This document shows, piece after piece, positions 36,836 to 49,159 of a stretch of 64,000 nt of DNA. The stretch covers positions 143,408,001 to 143,472,000 of the forward strand of contig CM059431.1 in the NCBI GenBank assembly GCA_030390025.1, in the 5' to 3' direction. A program made the translations under genes and the position numbers. The DNA is from Squalus acanthias. Taxonomy: Eukaryota. The notes beneath the pieces were generated by a model. The model was not told the origin of the DNA, searched no databases, and worked only from the letters and a program-made list of their open reading frames with translations. Each line of letters begins with the position of its first letter. Within the stretch, counting starts at the first letter, position 1.

Positions 36836-37140
36836 ATCTCTGGAAGCTCTTTGAATCGGAAGGGTTCTCTCTGGTTGGTGCTCTCACAATCCTGTGCTGG
36901 TTCACCTGCTGTTGTTCCTCAGTCTGCAATCCTTGTTTACTCCAGCTGTGGACCTTCCTCAATCACTCCGTCATTCCCCGGGAGATCTAATTGTGGCAGG
37001 GCAGAAAATGAGAACAATATTGATGGTGAAGTAGAAGCTCACCTACCAACCACAGCCATATTATTAATTTATTCACTGTTGTATCCTCCACTTCCCCAGA
37101 GAACACATCCCATCCCATTGCTCGAAATTACCAGTCAGTT

Positions 37141-38348
37141 TCTCACTGGGACCATCCTCCCTGGGTTACACACTGTCTGATCTCACTGGGCCCATCCTCC
37201 CCGGATTACACACTGTCTGATCTCACTGGGCCCATCCTCCCCGGGTTACACACTGTCTGATCTCACTGGGCCCATCCTCCCCGGTTTACACACTGTCTGA
37301 TCTCACTGGGCCCATCCTCCCCAGGTTTCACACTGTCTGATCTCACTGGGCCCATCCTCCCCAGGTTTCACACTGTCTGATCACACTGGGCCCATCCTCC
37401 CCGGGTTACACACTGTCTGATCTCACTGGGCCCATCCTCCCCGGGTTACACACTGTCTGATCTCACTGGGCCCATCCTCCCCAGGTTTCACACTGTCTGA
37501 TCTCACTGGGCCCATCCTCCCCAGGTTTCACACTGTCTGATCACACTGGGCCCATCCTCCCCGGGTTACACACTGTCTGATCTCACTGGGCCCATCCTCC
37601 CCGGGTTACACACTGTCTGATCTCACTGGGCCCATCCTCCCCGGATTACACACTGTCTGATCTCACTGGGCCCATCCTCCCCGGGTTACACATTGTCTGA
37701 TCTCACAGGGCCCATCCTCCCCGGTTTACACACTGTCTGATCTCACTGGGCCCATCCTCCCCGGTTTACACACTGTCTGATCTCACTGGGCCCATCCTCC
37801 CCGGGTGACACATTGTCTGATCTCACTGGGCCCATCCTCCCAGGGTTACACACTGTCTGATCTCACTGGGCCCATCCTCCCCGGGTTACACACTGTCTGA
37901 TCTCACTGGGCCCATCCTCCCCGGGTTACACACTGTCTGATCTCACTGGGCCCATCCTCCCCGTATTACACACTGTCTGATCTCACTGGGCCCATCCTCC
38001 CCAGGTTTCACACTGTCTGATCTCACTGGGCCCATCCTCCCCAGGTTTCACACTGTCTGATCACACTGGGCCCATCCTCCCCGGGTTACACACTGTCTGA
38101 TCTCACTGGGCCCATCCTCCCCGGGTTACACACTGTCTGATCTCACTGGGCCCATCCTCCCCAGGTTTCACACTGTCTGATCTCACTGGGCCCATCCTCC
38201 CCGGGTTACACACTGTCTGATCTCACTGGGCCCATCCTCCCCGGGTTACACACTGTCTGATCTCACTGGGCCCATCCTCCCCAGGTTTCACACTGTCTGA
38301 TCACACTGGGCCCATCCTCCCGGGGTTACACACTGTCTGATCTCACTG
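37141..38348. repeat. 40-bp minisatellite, ~30 copies (same unit as 29515-30185)
   Basis: Near-perfect tandem units. Confidence 0.95.
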
Positions 38349-38679
38349 GTATTTTCATTCTAACTCCCGCATCTCGCCAAACCCTCAGTTCCGGGGCTGT
38401 GTGTTTATTTTGGAGATCTTCCTCACAGTAAATTTCCTGCCGCCTGAGACTCCCCCATTCTCACTGCTCTGGGCGGAAATGCGCCATTTTGTGTCCAAAG
38501 TGCCTGAACCCACCGCGCCCTCCACCCCCGGCCCAGCCCCTGTATTGTGAGCCGGTTCAGCACATTCCCCGGGAGCTGATGCTGACAGGAATCTCCCCTC
38601 CGTTTCTCTGCCGAGTTACAAAGCGGGTCTGTGACACTGTGAAGCCCCTCCCTCCCTCGCTGTGATCTAAACTCTGGGC

Positions 38680-39105
38680 TGAGCAGCCGCGCTGTCAGGC
38701 CGTGTGCTGAATGGAGCCGAGTTCCCTCAGTCACAGAGCGCGGCCCCTGTAACCCGGGCAACCATCCTGTTTCTTACCGTCACTCACACCGGCCCGCGCC
38801 GCCCGGCCCGGCACACAGCAAACCCCGCCCACCGCACATGCCCGGATCAGCAAGGGAGCGACACTGTGCCTGCGCGGGAGAGCAAGGGAGCGGGACTGCG
38901 CCTGCGCGGGAGAGCAAGGAGTGGCGCTGCGCATGCGCGGGAAAGCAAGGGAGCGGCTCTGCGCCTGCTCGGGAGAGCAAGGAGCGGCACTGCGCCTGCG
39001 CAGGAAAGCAGTGGAGCGTCATTGCGCCTGCGCGGGAGAGCAAGGAGCGGCACTGCACCTGCGCGGGAGAGCAAGGGAGCGGCACTGCGCCTGCGCGGGA
39101 GTGTA
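38680..39105 (-). promoter_or_regulatory. CpG-island-like promoter with tandem NRF1-type motifs and a first-exon donor
   Basis: CpG-dense. About eight ~31-bp units carry (T)GCGCCTGCGC, with one perfect TGCGCATGCGC at 38928-38938. Minus-strand donor GACG|gtaaga at 38778/38777. Confidence 0.65.
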
Positions 39106-40743
39106 ATGTAGCACGAACGCATCACTATAGCGCCCCCAGTGGTTGGAGGTCTTCATCGGAACATAGCAACAGGAGGAGGCCATTCAGTCCCACCATTCAT
39201 TTAGACCATGGCTGACCTGTGTCTTAACCCCATGCACCTGCCTTGGTTCCGGAACCCTTAATGCCCAACAAACTTCTATTAATACAATAGCAAAATACCG
39301 TAGATGTTGAAATCTGAAATAACAACAGAAAATGCTGGAAACACTGAGCAGGTTATGCAGCATCCATGGAGAGAGAAAAACGTCTATTAATCTCAGTTTT
39401 GACATTTTCAATTGACCCCCAGCATCACCAGCTTTTTGGGGGAGATTTTTACATATTTTTACTACCCTTTGTCTTGAATGCTTTCTGCCATCAAATGGAA
39501 CTAGAGAAGTACCTGAAAAAAATTGCAGAGCTACGGAGGATGGGCGGGGGATTAAGCTGAAGTGCTCTTGCAGAGAGTCGGCATGGGCTCGACTGGCTGA
39601 ATGGCCTCCTACTGTGCCGTAACAATGATTCTATGGTTCTATCACACCTGAACGGCCTGGCTCTAAGTTGAAGTTTATGCCTCATTGTTCTGGACTCCCC
39701 CACCTGAGGAAAAGTAGTTTTTCTCTATCCATCCTGTCAAATCCTTTAATCATCTTAAACACCTCAATTAGTTCACCCCTTGGCCTTCTATATTCAATGG
39801 AATAAAAGCCTAGTCTTTGCAACCTGTCCTCATAATTTAACCATTTTAGCTCAGGTATCACTCCGATGAATCTGCGCTGCATCCCCTCCAAGGCCAATCT
39901 CTCTTTCCTGAGGGGCGGTGCCCAGAACTGAATACCGTGTGGAACAATATTCCCGACTCAAAATATATTGAGACAAAGGCCATCAAATTTAAACAAGTGT
40001 TACTAAACCATGGCAAGAGGAAGTCTTACGAATTATATGTATCTGTATAACCTACTGCTCAGAAACAACAGGTTCCTACTGCTGGACTGCCGACTACACA
40101 GACAGGAGTTTACACTGAATGTTTCACGGTCTTTCGGACATAAATTGGACCCCAGGCCTCTTGTACTGAGATCTGACAGATTGTTACCCTGGTAACAGAG
40201 GAAATCACTCAGCGAAAATAACTGAACACGGAAATAACAAAACCAACATCACATGTTTGGAGTTTAGTTCAGAACATTAACCCTGAACATTCAGCCAGTG
40301 TTTCTAACCATGAAGCTGCGATTTCAATCTCAGATTTTTACTCCACCAGACCTGACACTGCGGGTTTACTGAATCCACCGTCAGTTCCAGCTGTACAGAA
40401 CATTAAGCAGCGCCGCATCTACAGAAATACATCAATAAAATAGTCACATTGTTGGAGATAGACCCCGTTACCCCTGAAAATCAGATTGTCTTAAACCATC
40501 TAAATCTGTTACAGTTATCGAATTGTATGTATCTATACACCAGGATCATGGGACCAACAAGAAACATTTTTCTGACAACACAATAATTTTACTAATAATC
40601 ATTAAAATATAAGACTTACGTATCATTTTATCAGTTTATACTTAAACGATAACCATTTAATTCAACTGCCATTGTGAAATTCAGAAATGGATTTACTGAT
40701 AGAAAATAACTCAGTAAACCCAGCGTCCAGTTCAGAATTGTGA

Positions 40744-43700
40744 TTCACAACTGAGTGCAGTTTGTCACGGAGTGCAGCTTGGAAAAGATTGTAAACCTGT
40801 GTTTTGTGAGAAAGGGAGTTAGGCGAGGAGGGGAGGGAGGTGCTCCTTTCTTTTTCTATCTTTATCAGCCTCCAGGAGAGCAGAAGTTAAAAAGCTGCAC
40901 GAGAGGGGATAGAGAACCAGTGGGAGGTCGGCTCGGTGAAACCCCCCAACCGCATTCGGAGCAGAAATAAAAGGTGACATCACAGGGAAAAGAGTAAGTG
41001 ATTGGCTGGTGAGTATTTTGCTCACTTCTCTTATCTTTGAAAGCCAGGAAATGTATTAGTAATTGTAAGGTTTCATTAGTATTAGTAAAGTTTACTAGCA
41101 GTAATAAATCTTATCGGGTGTAGTAGGTTAAAAATTAATTAATTAAGACTCAATAAAGATGGCAGGGCAGGTGATGTGTTGTGACTGCAGTATGTGGGAG
41201 CTCCTGGACGCCAGTGTAATCCAGGACGAACATGTCTGCGGTAAGTGTCTGCGGCTCTAGGAGTTTCGGCTCAGAGTTGATGAGCTGGAGGCCGAGCTGC
41301 GGACACTGCGATGCATCAGGGAGGGGGAAAGTTACCTGGACACTTTATTCCAGGAGGCAGTCACACCCCTTAGGACAGGGTCTTCTGATTTGGTCAGTAG
41401 TCAGGGACAGGAGGATGTGACTGCGAGTGAGGTAGGTATGGGGATCCAGGAGGTGGAGGAGTATGAATGAAAGCGGTGGCTGCAGGGTGGATGAGCAAAC
41501 TGACCATGGCACCGAGGTACAGGAAGCCATTCAAGCAGGGGGAGTTAATAGGAATGTAGTGGTGATTGGGGACAGCATAGTCAGGGGGATAGATACAGTT
41601 CTCTGCAGCCAAGAGCGAGAGTCCAGACGGCTGTGTTGCCTGCCCGGTGCTAGGGTTCAGGACATCTGCTCTGGGCTGGAGCGGAACTTGCAGTGGGAGG
41701 AGCCAGTGGTCGTGGTCCACATAGGTACCAACGACACGTTTAGAACTAGGAAAGAGGTTCTGCTGAGAAAGTGTGAGCAGCTAGGGGCTAAATTAAAAAG
41801 CAGAACCTCAAGGGTAATAATGTCTGCATTATTACCTGAGCCACGAGCAAATTGGCATAGGGTAAATAAAATTAGAGAGATGAATGTGTGGCTCAAAGAC
41901 TGGTGTGGGAGAAATGGGTTTCGATTCCTGGGGCACTGGCACCATACTGGGGAAAGTGGGATCTGTATCGTTGGGACGGTCTTCACCTGAACCATGCTGG
42001 GACCAGTGTTCTGACGAGTTATATAACTGGGGCGGTAGAGAGGGTTTTAAACTAAATACTGGGGGCAAGGGATCAGATTTGGGAAGATGTGGTAAATCAA
42101 AGAGTAGAGACAAGGCAATAGAGAAAGGTATTAATATGGGAAATGATAAACAGACTGTGACAGGAAGGGATAGAGAGTACAAATCTAAGAGTAAATCAAC
42201 AGTTAAGCCGAGAAGTTACAAAAATAATAAAAGGACAAAACTAAAGGCTCTGCATCTGAATTCACATAGCATTCAAATCAAAACAGATGAACTGATGGCG
42301 CAAATAGGAATAAATAAGTACGATCTGATAGCCATTACTGAAACATGGCTGCAGGATAACATAGATTGGGACCTGAATATTGAAGGGTACATGACATTTA
42401 AGGAGGGCAGGAAGGTGAGAAAAGGTGGAGGGGTGGCTCTGTTAATTAATGATGGTATCAGCACAATAGAGAGGGATGACCCAAGTTCAGGAAACCAGGA
42501 GGTAGAAGCGGTTTGGGTAGAGATGAGAAATGATAATGGCAAGAAGTCACTTGTGAGAGTGGTGTACAGGCCCCCTAAAAGTAACCACACGATAGGATGG
42601 AGTATAAAGGAAGAAATAATGGGAGCTTGTCAGAAAGGTACGGCAATAATCATGGGGGATTTTAATCTGCATATAGACTGGAAAAATCAGATAGGCAAAG
42701 ATAGCCTAAATGAGGAGTTCATAGGATGTTTTCAGGATAGTTTCTTAGAAAAGCAAGAGAGCAGGCTATACTGGACCTGGTATTGTGCAACGAGATAGGA
42801 TTAATTAATGACTTCAGTGAAGGAGCCCCTACGTAGCAGCGATCATAAGATGATTGAATTTTACCTTCAGTTTGAGAGAGAGAAGAGTGGCTCCAAGACT
42901 AGTATTTTAAACTTAAATAAGGGCAATTATGAGGGCATGAAAGCAGAGCTAGTTAAAGTGAACTGGCAAATTAGGTTAAGGGATAGGTCAATAGAGTTGC
43001 AGTGGCAGACATTTAAGGGGATATTTCAGAATACACAGAATATATACATTCCAACGAGAAAGAAAAATTCCAAGGGGAGGACCCACCATCCCTGTTAATT
43101 AAAAAAGTTAACAGCAGTATCCAACTTAAAGAAAAAGCATATAATTGTGCAAAGATGGGTGGCAGATCAGAAGATTGGACAGAATATAAAAAACAGCAAA
43201 GAATGACTAAAAGATTAATAATAAGAAAAATTAGTACAAGAGAAAGCTAGCTAGAAATATAAAAACAGATAGTAAGAGTTTCTATAGATATTTAATAAAG
43301 AAAAGATTTAACAAAAAGTGAGCGTTGGTCCTATAAAAAGAGCCTGGGGAATTAATAATGGAAAATAAGGAGATGGCAGTTGAATTGAACAGGTATTTTG
43401 CATCGGTCTTCACTATAGAGGATACAAGTAACATCCCAGAAATAGCTGTAAATCAGGAAATGGAAGGGAGGGAGGAACTCAAGAAAATTATAATCACCAG
43501 GGAAGTGGTACTGAGCAAATTGTTGGAGCTGCGGGCTGACAAGTCCCCGGGTCCTGATGGACTTCATCCTGGGGTCTTAAAAGAAGTGGCTAGTGAGATA
43601 GTTAATGCGTTGGTTTTAATTTTCCAAAATTCCCTAGATTCGGGGAAGGTTCCATTAGATTGGAAAATAGCGAATGTATTTATTCAAAAAGGGAGGGATT

Positions 43701-46090
43701 CAGAAAGCAGGAAACTACAGGCCAGTTAGCTTAACATCTGTCATAGGGAAGATGTTAGAAGCTATTATTAAAAACGTTATAGCAGGGCACTTAGAAAAGT
43801 TCATGGTAATCAGGCAGAGTCAACATGGTTTTGTGAAAGGGAAATCATGTTTAACCAATTTATTGGATTTCTTTAAGTAACATGTGCTGTGGATAAAGGA
43901 TGCACTTAACATAGAAACATAACATAGAAAATAGGAGCAGGAGTAGGCCATTCGGCCCCTCTAGCCTGCTCCGCCATTCAATGCGATCATGGCTGATCAT
44001 CCAAATTCAGAACCCTGTCCCTCCTTTCTCCCCATATCCCTTGATCCCTTTAGCCTTAAGAAATATATCCAACTCCTTCTTAAATATATTTAATGAATTG
44101 GCCTCTACTGCCTTCTGTGCTAGAGAATTCCACAGGTTCACCACTCTGGGTGAAGAAATTCCTCCTCATTTCTGTCCTAAATGGCTTACCCCTTATCCTT
44201 AGACTGTGACCCCTGGTTCTGGACTCCCCGACCATCGGGAACATCCTTCCTGCATCTAGTCTGTCCAGTCCTGTCAGAATTTTATAAGTTTCAATGAGAT
44301 CCCCTCTCATTCTTCTAAACTCCAGCGAGTATAAGCCCAATCGACCCAATCTCTCCTCATACATCATTCCTGCCATCCCAGGTATCAGCCTGGTGAATCT
44401 TCACTGCACTCCCTCCATGGCAAGAACCTCCTTCCTCAGATAAGGCGACCAAAACTGCACACAATACTCAAGATGTGGTCTCACTAAGGCCCTGTACAAC
44501 TGCAGTAAGACATCCTTGTTCCTGTGCTCAAACCATCTCGCTACGAAGGCCAACATACCATTTGCCTTCTTAACCGCCTGCTGCACCTGCATGCTTACCT
44601 TCAGCGACTGGTGCACAAGGACACCCAGGTCTCGTTGCACTTCCCCTTCTCCCAATCTATTGCCATTCAGATAATAATCTGCCTTCCTGTTTTTGACACC
44701 AAAGTGGATAACCTCGCATTTATCCACGTTATATTGCATTTGCCATGCTTCTGGCCAATCAGCCAACCTGTCCAAATCATCCTGGAGTTTCTCGGCATCC
44801 TCCTCACAGCACACACGCCCACCCAGCTTTGTATCGTCTGCAAACTTGGAGATATTACATCTAGTTCCCTTGTCTAGATCATTAATACTGCATCTAGTCT
44901 GTCCAGCACTGTACTTAGATTTCCAGAAGGCATTTGATAAGGTGCCACATCAAAGGTTATTGCGGAAAATAAAAGCTCATTGTGTAGGGGGGAACATATT
45001 GGCATGGATAGAAGATTGGCTAGCTAACAGGAAACAGAGTAGGCATAAATGGATCATTTTCTGATTGCCAAGATCGAACGAGTGGTGTGCCAGAGCCTCA
45101 ACTTTTTACAATTTATATAAATGACTTGGATGAAGGACCGATGGTATGGTTGCTAAATTTGCTGATGACACAAAGATAGGTAGGAAAGTAAATAGTGAAG
45201 AGGACATAAGGAGGATACAAAGGGATATAGATAGGTTAAGTGAGTGGGCAAAGATCTGGCAAATAGAGTATAATGTGGGAAAATGTGAAGTTGTCCATTT
45301 TGGCAGGAAGAATAAAAAAGCATATTATCTAAATGGAGAGAGATTGCAGAGCTCTGAGATGCAGAGGGATCTGGGTGTCCTAGTGCATGAATCGCAAAAG
45401 GTTAGTATTCAGGTACAGCGAGTAATTAGGAAAACTAACAGAATGTTATCGTTTATTGCGAGGGGAATTGAATACAAAAGTAGGGAGGTATGCTTCAGTT
45501 ATAAAGGGCATTGGTGAGACCACATCTGGAGTACTGTGTACAGTATTGGTCTCCTTATTTAAGGAAGGATGTAAATGCATTGGAAGCAGTTCAGAGAAGG
45601 TTTCCTAGACAAATACCTGGAATGGGCAGGGTTGTCTTATGAGGAAAGGTTGGACAGACTAGGCTTGTATCCGTTGGAGTTTAGAAGAGTAAGAGGTGAC
45701 TTGATTGAAACGTATATGATCCTGAGGGGTCTGGACAGGGTGGATGTGGAGAGGATGTTTCCTCTGGTGGGAGAATCTAGAACTAGTCGTCACTGTTTAA
45801 AAATAAGGGATCGCCCATTTAAGACAGAGATGAGGAGAAATTTTTTCACAGAGGGTCGTGAGTCTTTGGAACTCTCTTCCTCAGAGGGCGGTAGAAGCAG
45901 AGTCTTTGAATATTTTTAAGGCAGAGGTAGATAGATCCTTGATCAGCAAGGGGGTGAAAGGTTATCGGGGGTAGGCGGGAATGTGGAATAATCAGATCAA
46001 TCATGATCTTATTGAGTGGCGGAGCAAATTCGAGGGGCCGAGTGGTCTACTCCTGCTCCTAATTCGTATGTTTCTATGTATGTATTGTTT
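40744..46090 (+). mobile_element. full-length CR1 LINE (5' UTR, ORF1 esterase, ORF2 APE-RT), inactivated, with a nested CR1
   Basis: VVIGDSIVRG, HIGTND, IAITETW, MGDFN and RT motifs. It splits the sequence that is uninterrupted at 35930-35950 (cagaactgtgaga|cttgagagtt). Confidence 0.93.
43905..44900 (-). mobile_element. 5'-truncated CR1 nested inside the 40744-46090 element
   Basis: Minus ORFs (CEVIHFG...LVRPHLEYCVQFWSP) and an acatagaa-repeat tail at ~43910. The host RT resumes at gtacttagatttccagaag. Confidence 0.9.
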
Positions 46091-46259
46091 ATTGAGAGTT
46101 ATATATGAAATACATGAGTGTCTGATACTACCTTAACATGCAGTACAATATCGATATTATGGGGAACATCAAAGTCGGTTCTTTCCAAGTTGGTGCTGGT
46201 GGCGGGGAGACAGTTAATATCTGCTGGGCTCTTGGATCAAACCCCTTCCAATCTTAAAG

Positions 46260-47385
46260 CATTCGGCCCACGGTGCTTGGGCCGGCTCTTTGAAAAGATG
46301 TCCAAACTAGTCCCGCACCCCAGCTTTTTCCAGATAACCCTGCAAATTCATCCTCTTCAAGTACAGGTCCAATTGCCTTTTTGAAAGTTCCTATGGAATT
46401 TGTTTACATCAGTTTTTCAGGTGGTGCATTCCAGATCTTAAACCTCTGTGTAAAACAAATTCTCCTAATTCCCCCTCCAGCTCTTTTGCAAATTATTTTA
46501 AAACTGTGACCTTTCGTTAACGCCCCACTTGCCAGAGGAAACATTTCTTCCTATTTGCTCCAACAAAAACCCTCATAATCTGGAATATCTTTATTAGCTC
46601 TTCCCTTAACCTTCTCTGCTCAAAAGGCAACAATCCCAGCTTCTCCGAACTCCTCACATAATTGAAGTCCGTCATCCCTGGTACCATCCTGGTAAACCAC
46701 CTCTGTACCCTCTCCATGGCCTTGGCATCCTTCCTAAAGTGCGGTGCCCAGAATTGTTCACAATATTCCAGCCTAACCAGTGATTTGTAATGTGTTAGCA
46801 TTAACCTCCTTGTTTTTCTGTTCAATGCCCCATTTACAAATCAAAATCTCCCACGCACTCTCTTAAAAGCCTTATCAACTTACCCTGCAACCTTCAAAGA
46901 TTTGTGAATGTGCCCCAGATCCCTCTGCTATTGCACTCCCTCAAAATACAACAATCAGTTCACACTGCACCGCATTAAAAAGCATCTGCCATGTGTCTGC
47001 CCATTTCACCAGTCTATCTCATTCTAAAGTCTGCTACTATCCTGCTCACCATTTACAACAGTCAAACTTTGTATCATCAGCAAACCTCGAAGGTCCACTC
47101 CCTATACCGAAGGCCAGTTCATTTAAAATATAAGGAAAGCAAAGGTCCCAATTCCGACCCCTGGATGACCCAATGCATTCTTCTCTCCAGTCAGAAAAAC
47201 ATCTGTTCACCACTGCTCTCTGCCTATCACTCAGACAATTACTAACCCAATTTACCACCGTCCCTTTAATACCACCGCTTCTATTTTCTGAACAAGTCTG
47301 ATATTTGGCTCTTTAGCAAATTGCTTTTGAAAGTCCATATATACATCTACAGCACTCCCTTCATCAACCCTCTCTGTTACTTCAT
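46260..47385 (-). mobile_element. decayed CR1, 3' half
   Basis: LVRLEYCEQFWAPHFRKD...MERVQRWFTRMV and FADDTK. Confidence 0.85.
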
Positions 47386-47549
47386 TTATAATAAAGCACA
47401 CACAAAATTCAGAGTGACTGTGTGTTTAGAGACAGAAACTGATCTCACTTCACATTTCATTGCACGGCCTCATGCTGGATAATTGTGCTCAGTGGTCAGA
47501 CTCGCCCAGTCTCATTGTCACCATTTCCTGCCTTACTTTGTGTCCTGTC

Positions 47550-48027
47550 TACAGGACCAGTGTGTATCTGAGTCAATGGGACTCTCTCTGACCTTTCTCC
47601 CCAGTCCATCTCCAGGACCAGTGTGTATCTGAGTCAATGGGACTCTCTCTGACCTTTCTCCCCGGTCCATCTCCAGGACCAGTGTGTATCTGAGTCAATG
47701 GGACTCTCTCTGACCATTCTCCCCAGTCCATCTCCAGGACCAGTGTGTATCTGAGTCAATGGGACTCTCTCTGACCTTTCTCCCCAGTCCATCTCCAGGA
47801 CCAGTGTGTATGAGTCAATGGGACTCTCTCTGACCTTTCTCCCCAGTACATCTCCAGGACCAGTGTGTATCTGAGTCAATGGGAATCTGATCTTTCTCCC
47901 TGGTCCATCTCCAGGACCAGTGTGTATCTGAGTCAATGGGACTCTCTCTGACCTTTCTCCCTGGTCCATCTCCAGGACCAGTGTGTATCTGAGTCAATGG
48001 GACTCTCTCTGACCTTTCTCCCCGGTC
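47550..48027. repeat. 61-bp minisatellite, ~8 copies
   Basis: Same unit as 36285-36835. Confidence 0.95.
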
Positions 48028-48604
48028 GATCTCTGGAAGCTCTTTGAATCAGAAGGGTTCTCTCTGGTTGGTGTTCACAATCCTGTGCTGGTTCACCTGC
48101 TGTTGTTCCTCAGTCTACAATCCATGTTTACTCCAGCTGTGGACCTTCCTCAATCACTCCATCATTCACCGGGAGATCTAATTATGGCAGAGCAGAAAAT
48201 GAGAATATTGAAAGCGTGAAATAATGTAATGTAGACTTTTCTTCTGCTTACCAAAAATTAAATTTCAAGGCCGAGTATTTGTTTGATTTTGTCCCTTTCC
48301 TCAGATCCTCAGTTCCGGGGCTGTGTGTTTAGTTTGGAGATTTTCCTCACAGTAAATTTCCGGCCGCCTGAGACTCCCCCAATCTCACTGCTCTGGGCGG
48401 AAATGCTCCATTTTCTGTCCAAAGTGCCTGAACCCACCGCGCCCTCCACCCCCGGCCCAGCCCCTGTATTGTGAGCCGGTTCAGCACATTCCCCGGGAGC
48501 TGATGCTGACAGGAATCTCCCCTCCGTTTCTCTGCCGAGTTACAAAGCGGGTCTGTGACACTGTGAAGCCCCTCCCTCCCTCGCTGTGATCTAAACTCTG
48601 GGCT

Positions 48605-48995
48605 GAGCAGCCGCGCTGTCAGGCCGTGTGCTGAATGGAGCCGAGTTCCCTCAGTCACAGAGCGCGGCCCCTGTAACCCGGGCAACCATCCTGTTTCTTA
48701 CCGTCACTCGCACACCGGCCCGCGCCGCCCGGCCCGGCCCGGCACATAGCAAACCCCGCCCACTGCACATCCCCGGATCAGCAAGGAGCGGCACTGCGCC
48801 TGCGCGGGAGAGCACGGGAGCGGCACTGCGCCTGCACGAGTGGGCAAGGGTGCGGCGCTGCGCCTGCGCAAGAGGGCAAGCGCGCGGCACTGCGCCTGCG
48901 CGGAAGTGTAAGGGCGTGGCACTGCGCCTGCACGCGAGAAAAAGGGAGCGGGTCTGCGATATCAAGGGAGCGACACTGCGCCTGCGCGGGAGGGA
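48605..48995 (-). promoter_or_regulatory. second CpG-island-like promoter with NRF1-type repeats and an ETS-like site
   Basis: Several TGCGCCTGC(GC) motifs at 48795-48990, CGGAAGTG at 48901, and donor GACG|gtaaga at 48702/48701. Confidence 0.62.
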
Positions 48996-49159
48996 AATGT
49001 GGCATGAACACATCACTCTAGCACCCCCAGTGATAGGAGGACTTCATCTGAACATTGCAACAGGGGCGGCCATTAAGCCCCTCCAGCCTGTTCCACCATT
49101 CAATTAGACCATGGCAGATCTGTGTCTTAATTCCTGCCTTCATTCCGTAATCCTTAATA

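Larger units (their letters stand above)
35750..40743. repeat. segmental duplication unit B of the 5' module (most complete copy)
   Basis: 35795-35940 matches 40600-40743; 35945-36120 matches 46093-46250; 38383-38800 is nearly identical to 48307-48720. Confidence 0.85.

Noticed and set aside
29515..38348. Regular 40-bp and 61-bp arrays as CRISPR-like arrays
   Set aside because: Head-to-tail repeats with no unique spacers, no cas genes, and a eukaryotic context.
38423..38761. 112-aa minus ORF duplicated at 48347-48685
   Set aside because: It lies just inside the predicted first intron of a GC-rich promoter. The identity reflects recent duplication or conversion, and it has no recognisable domain.
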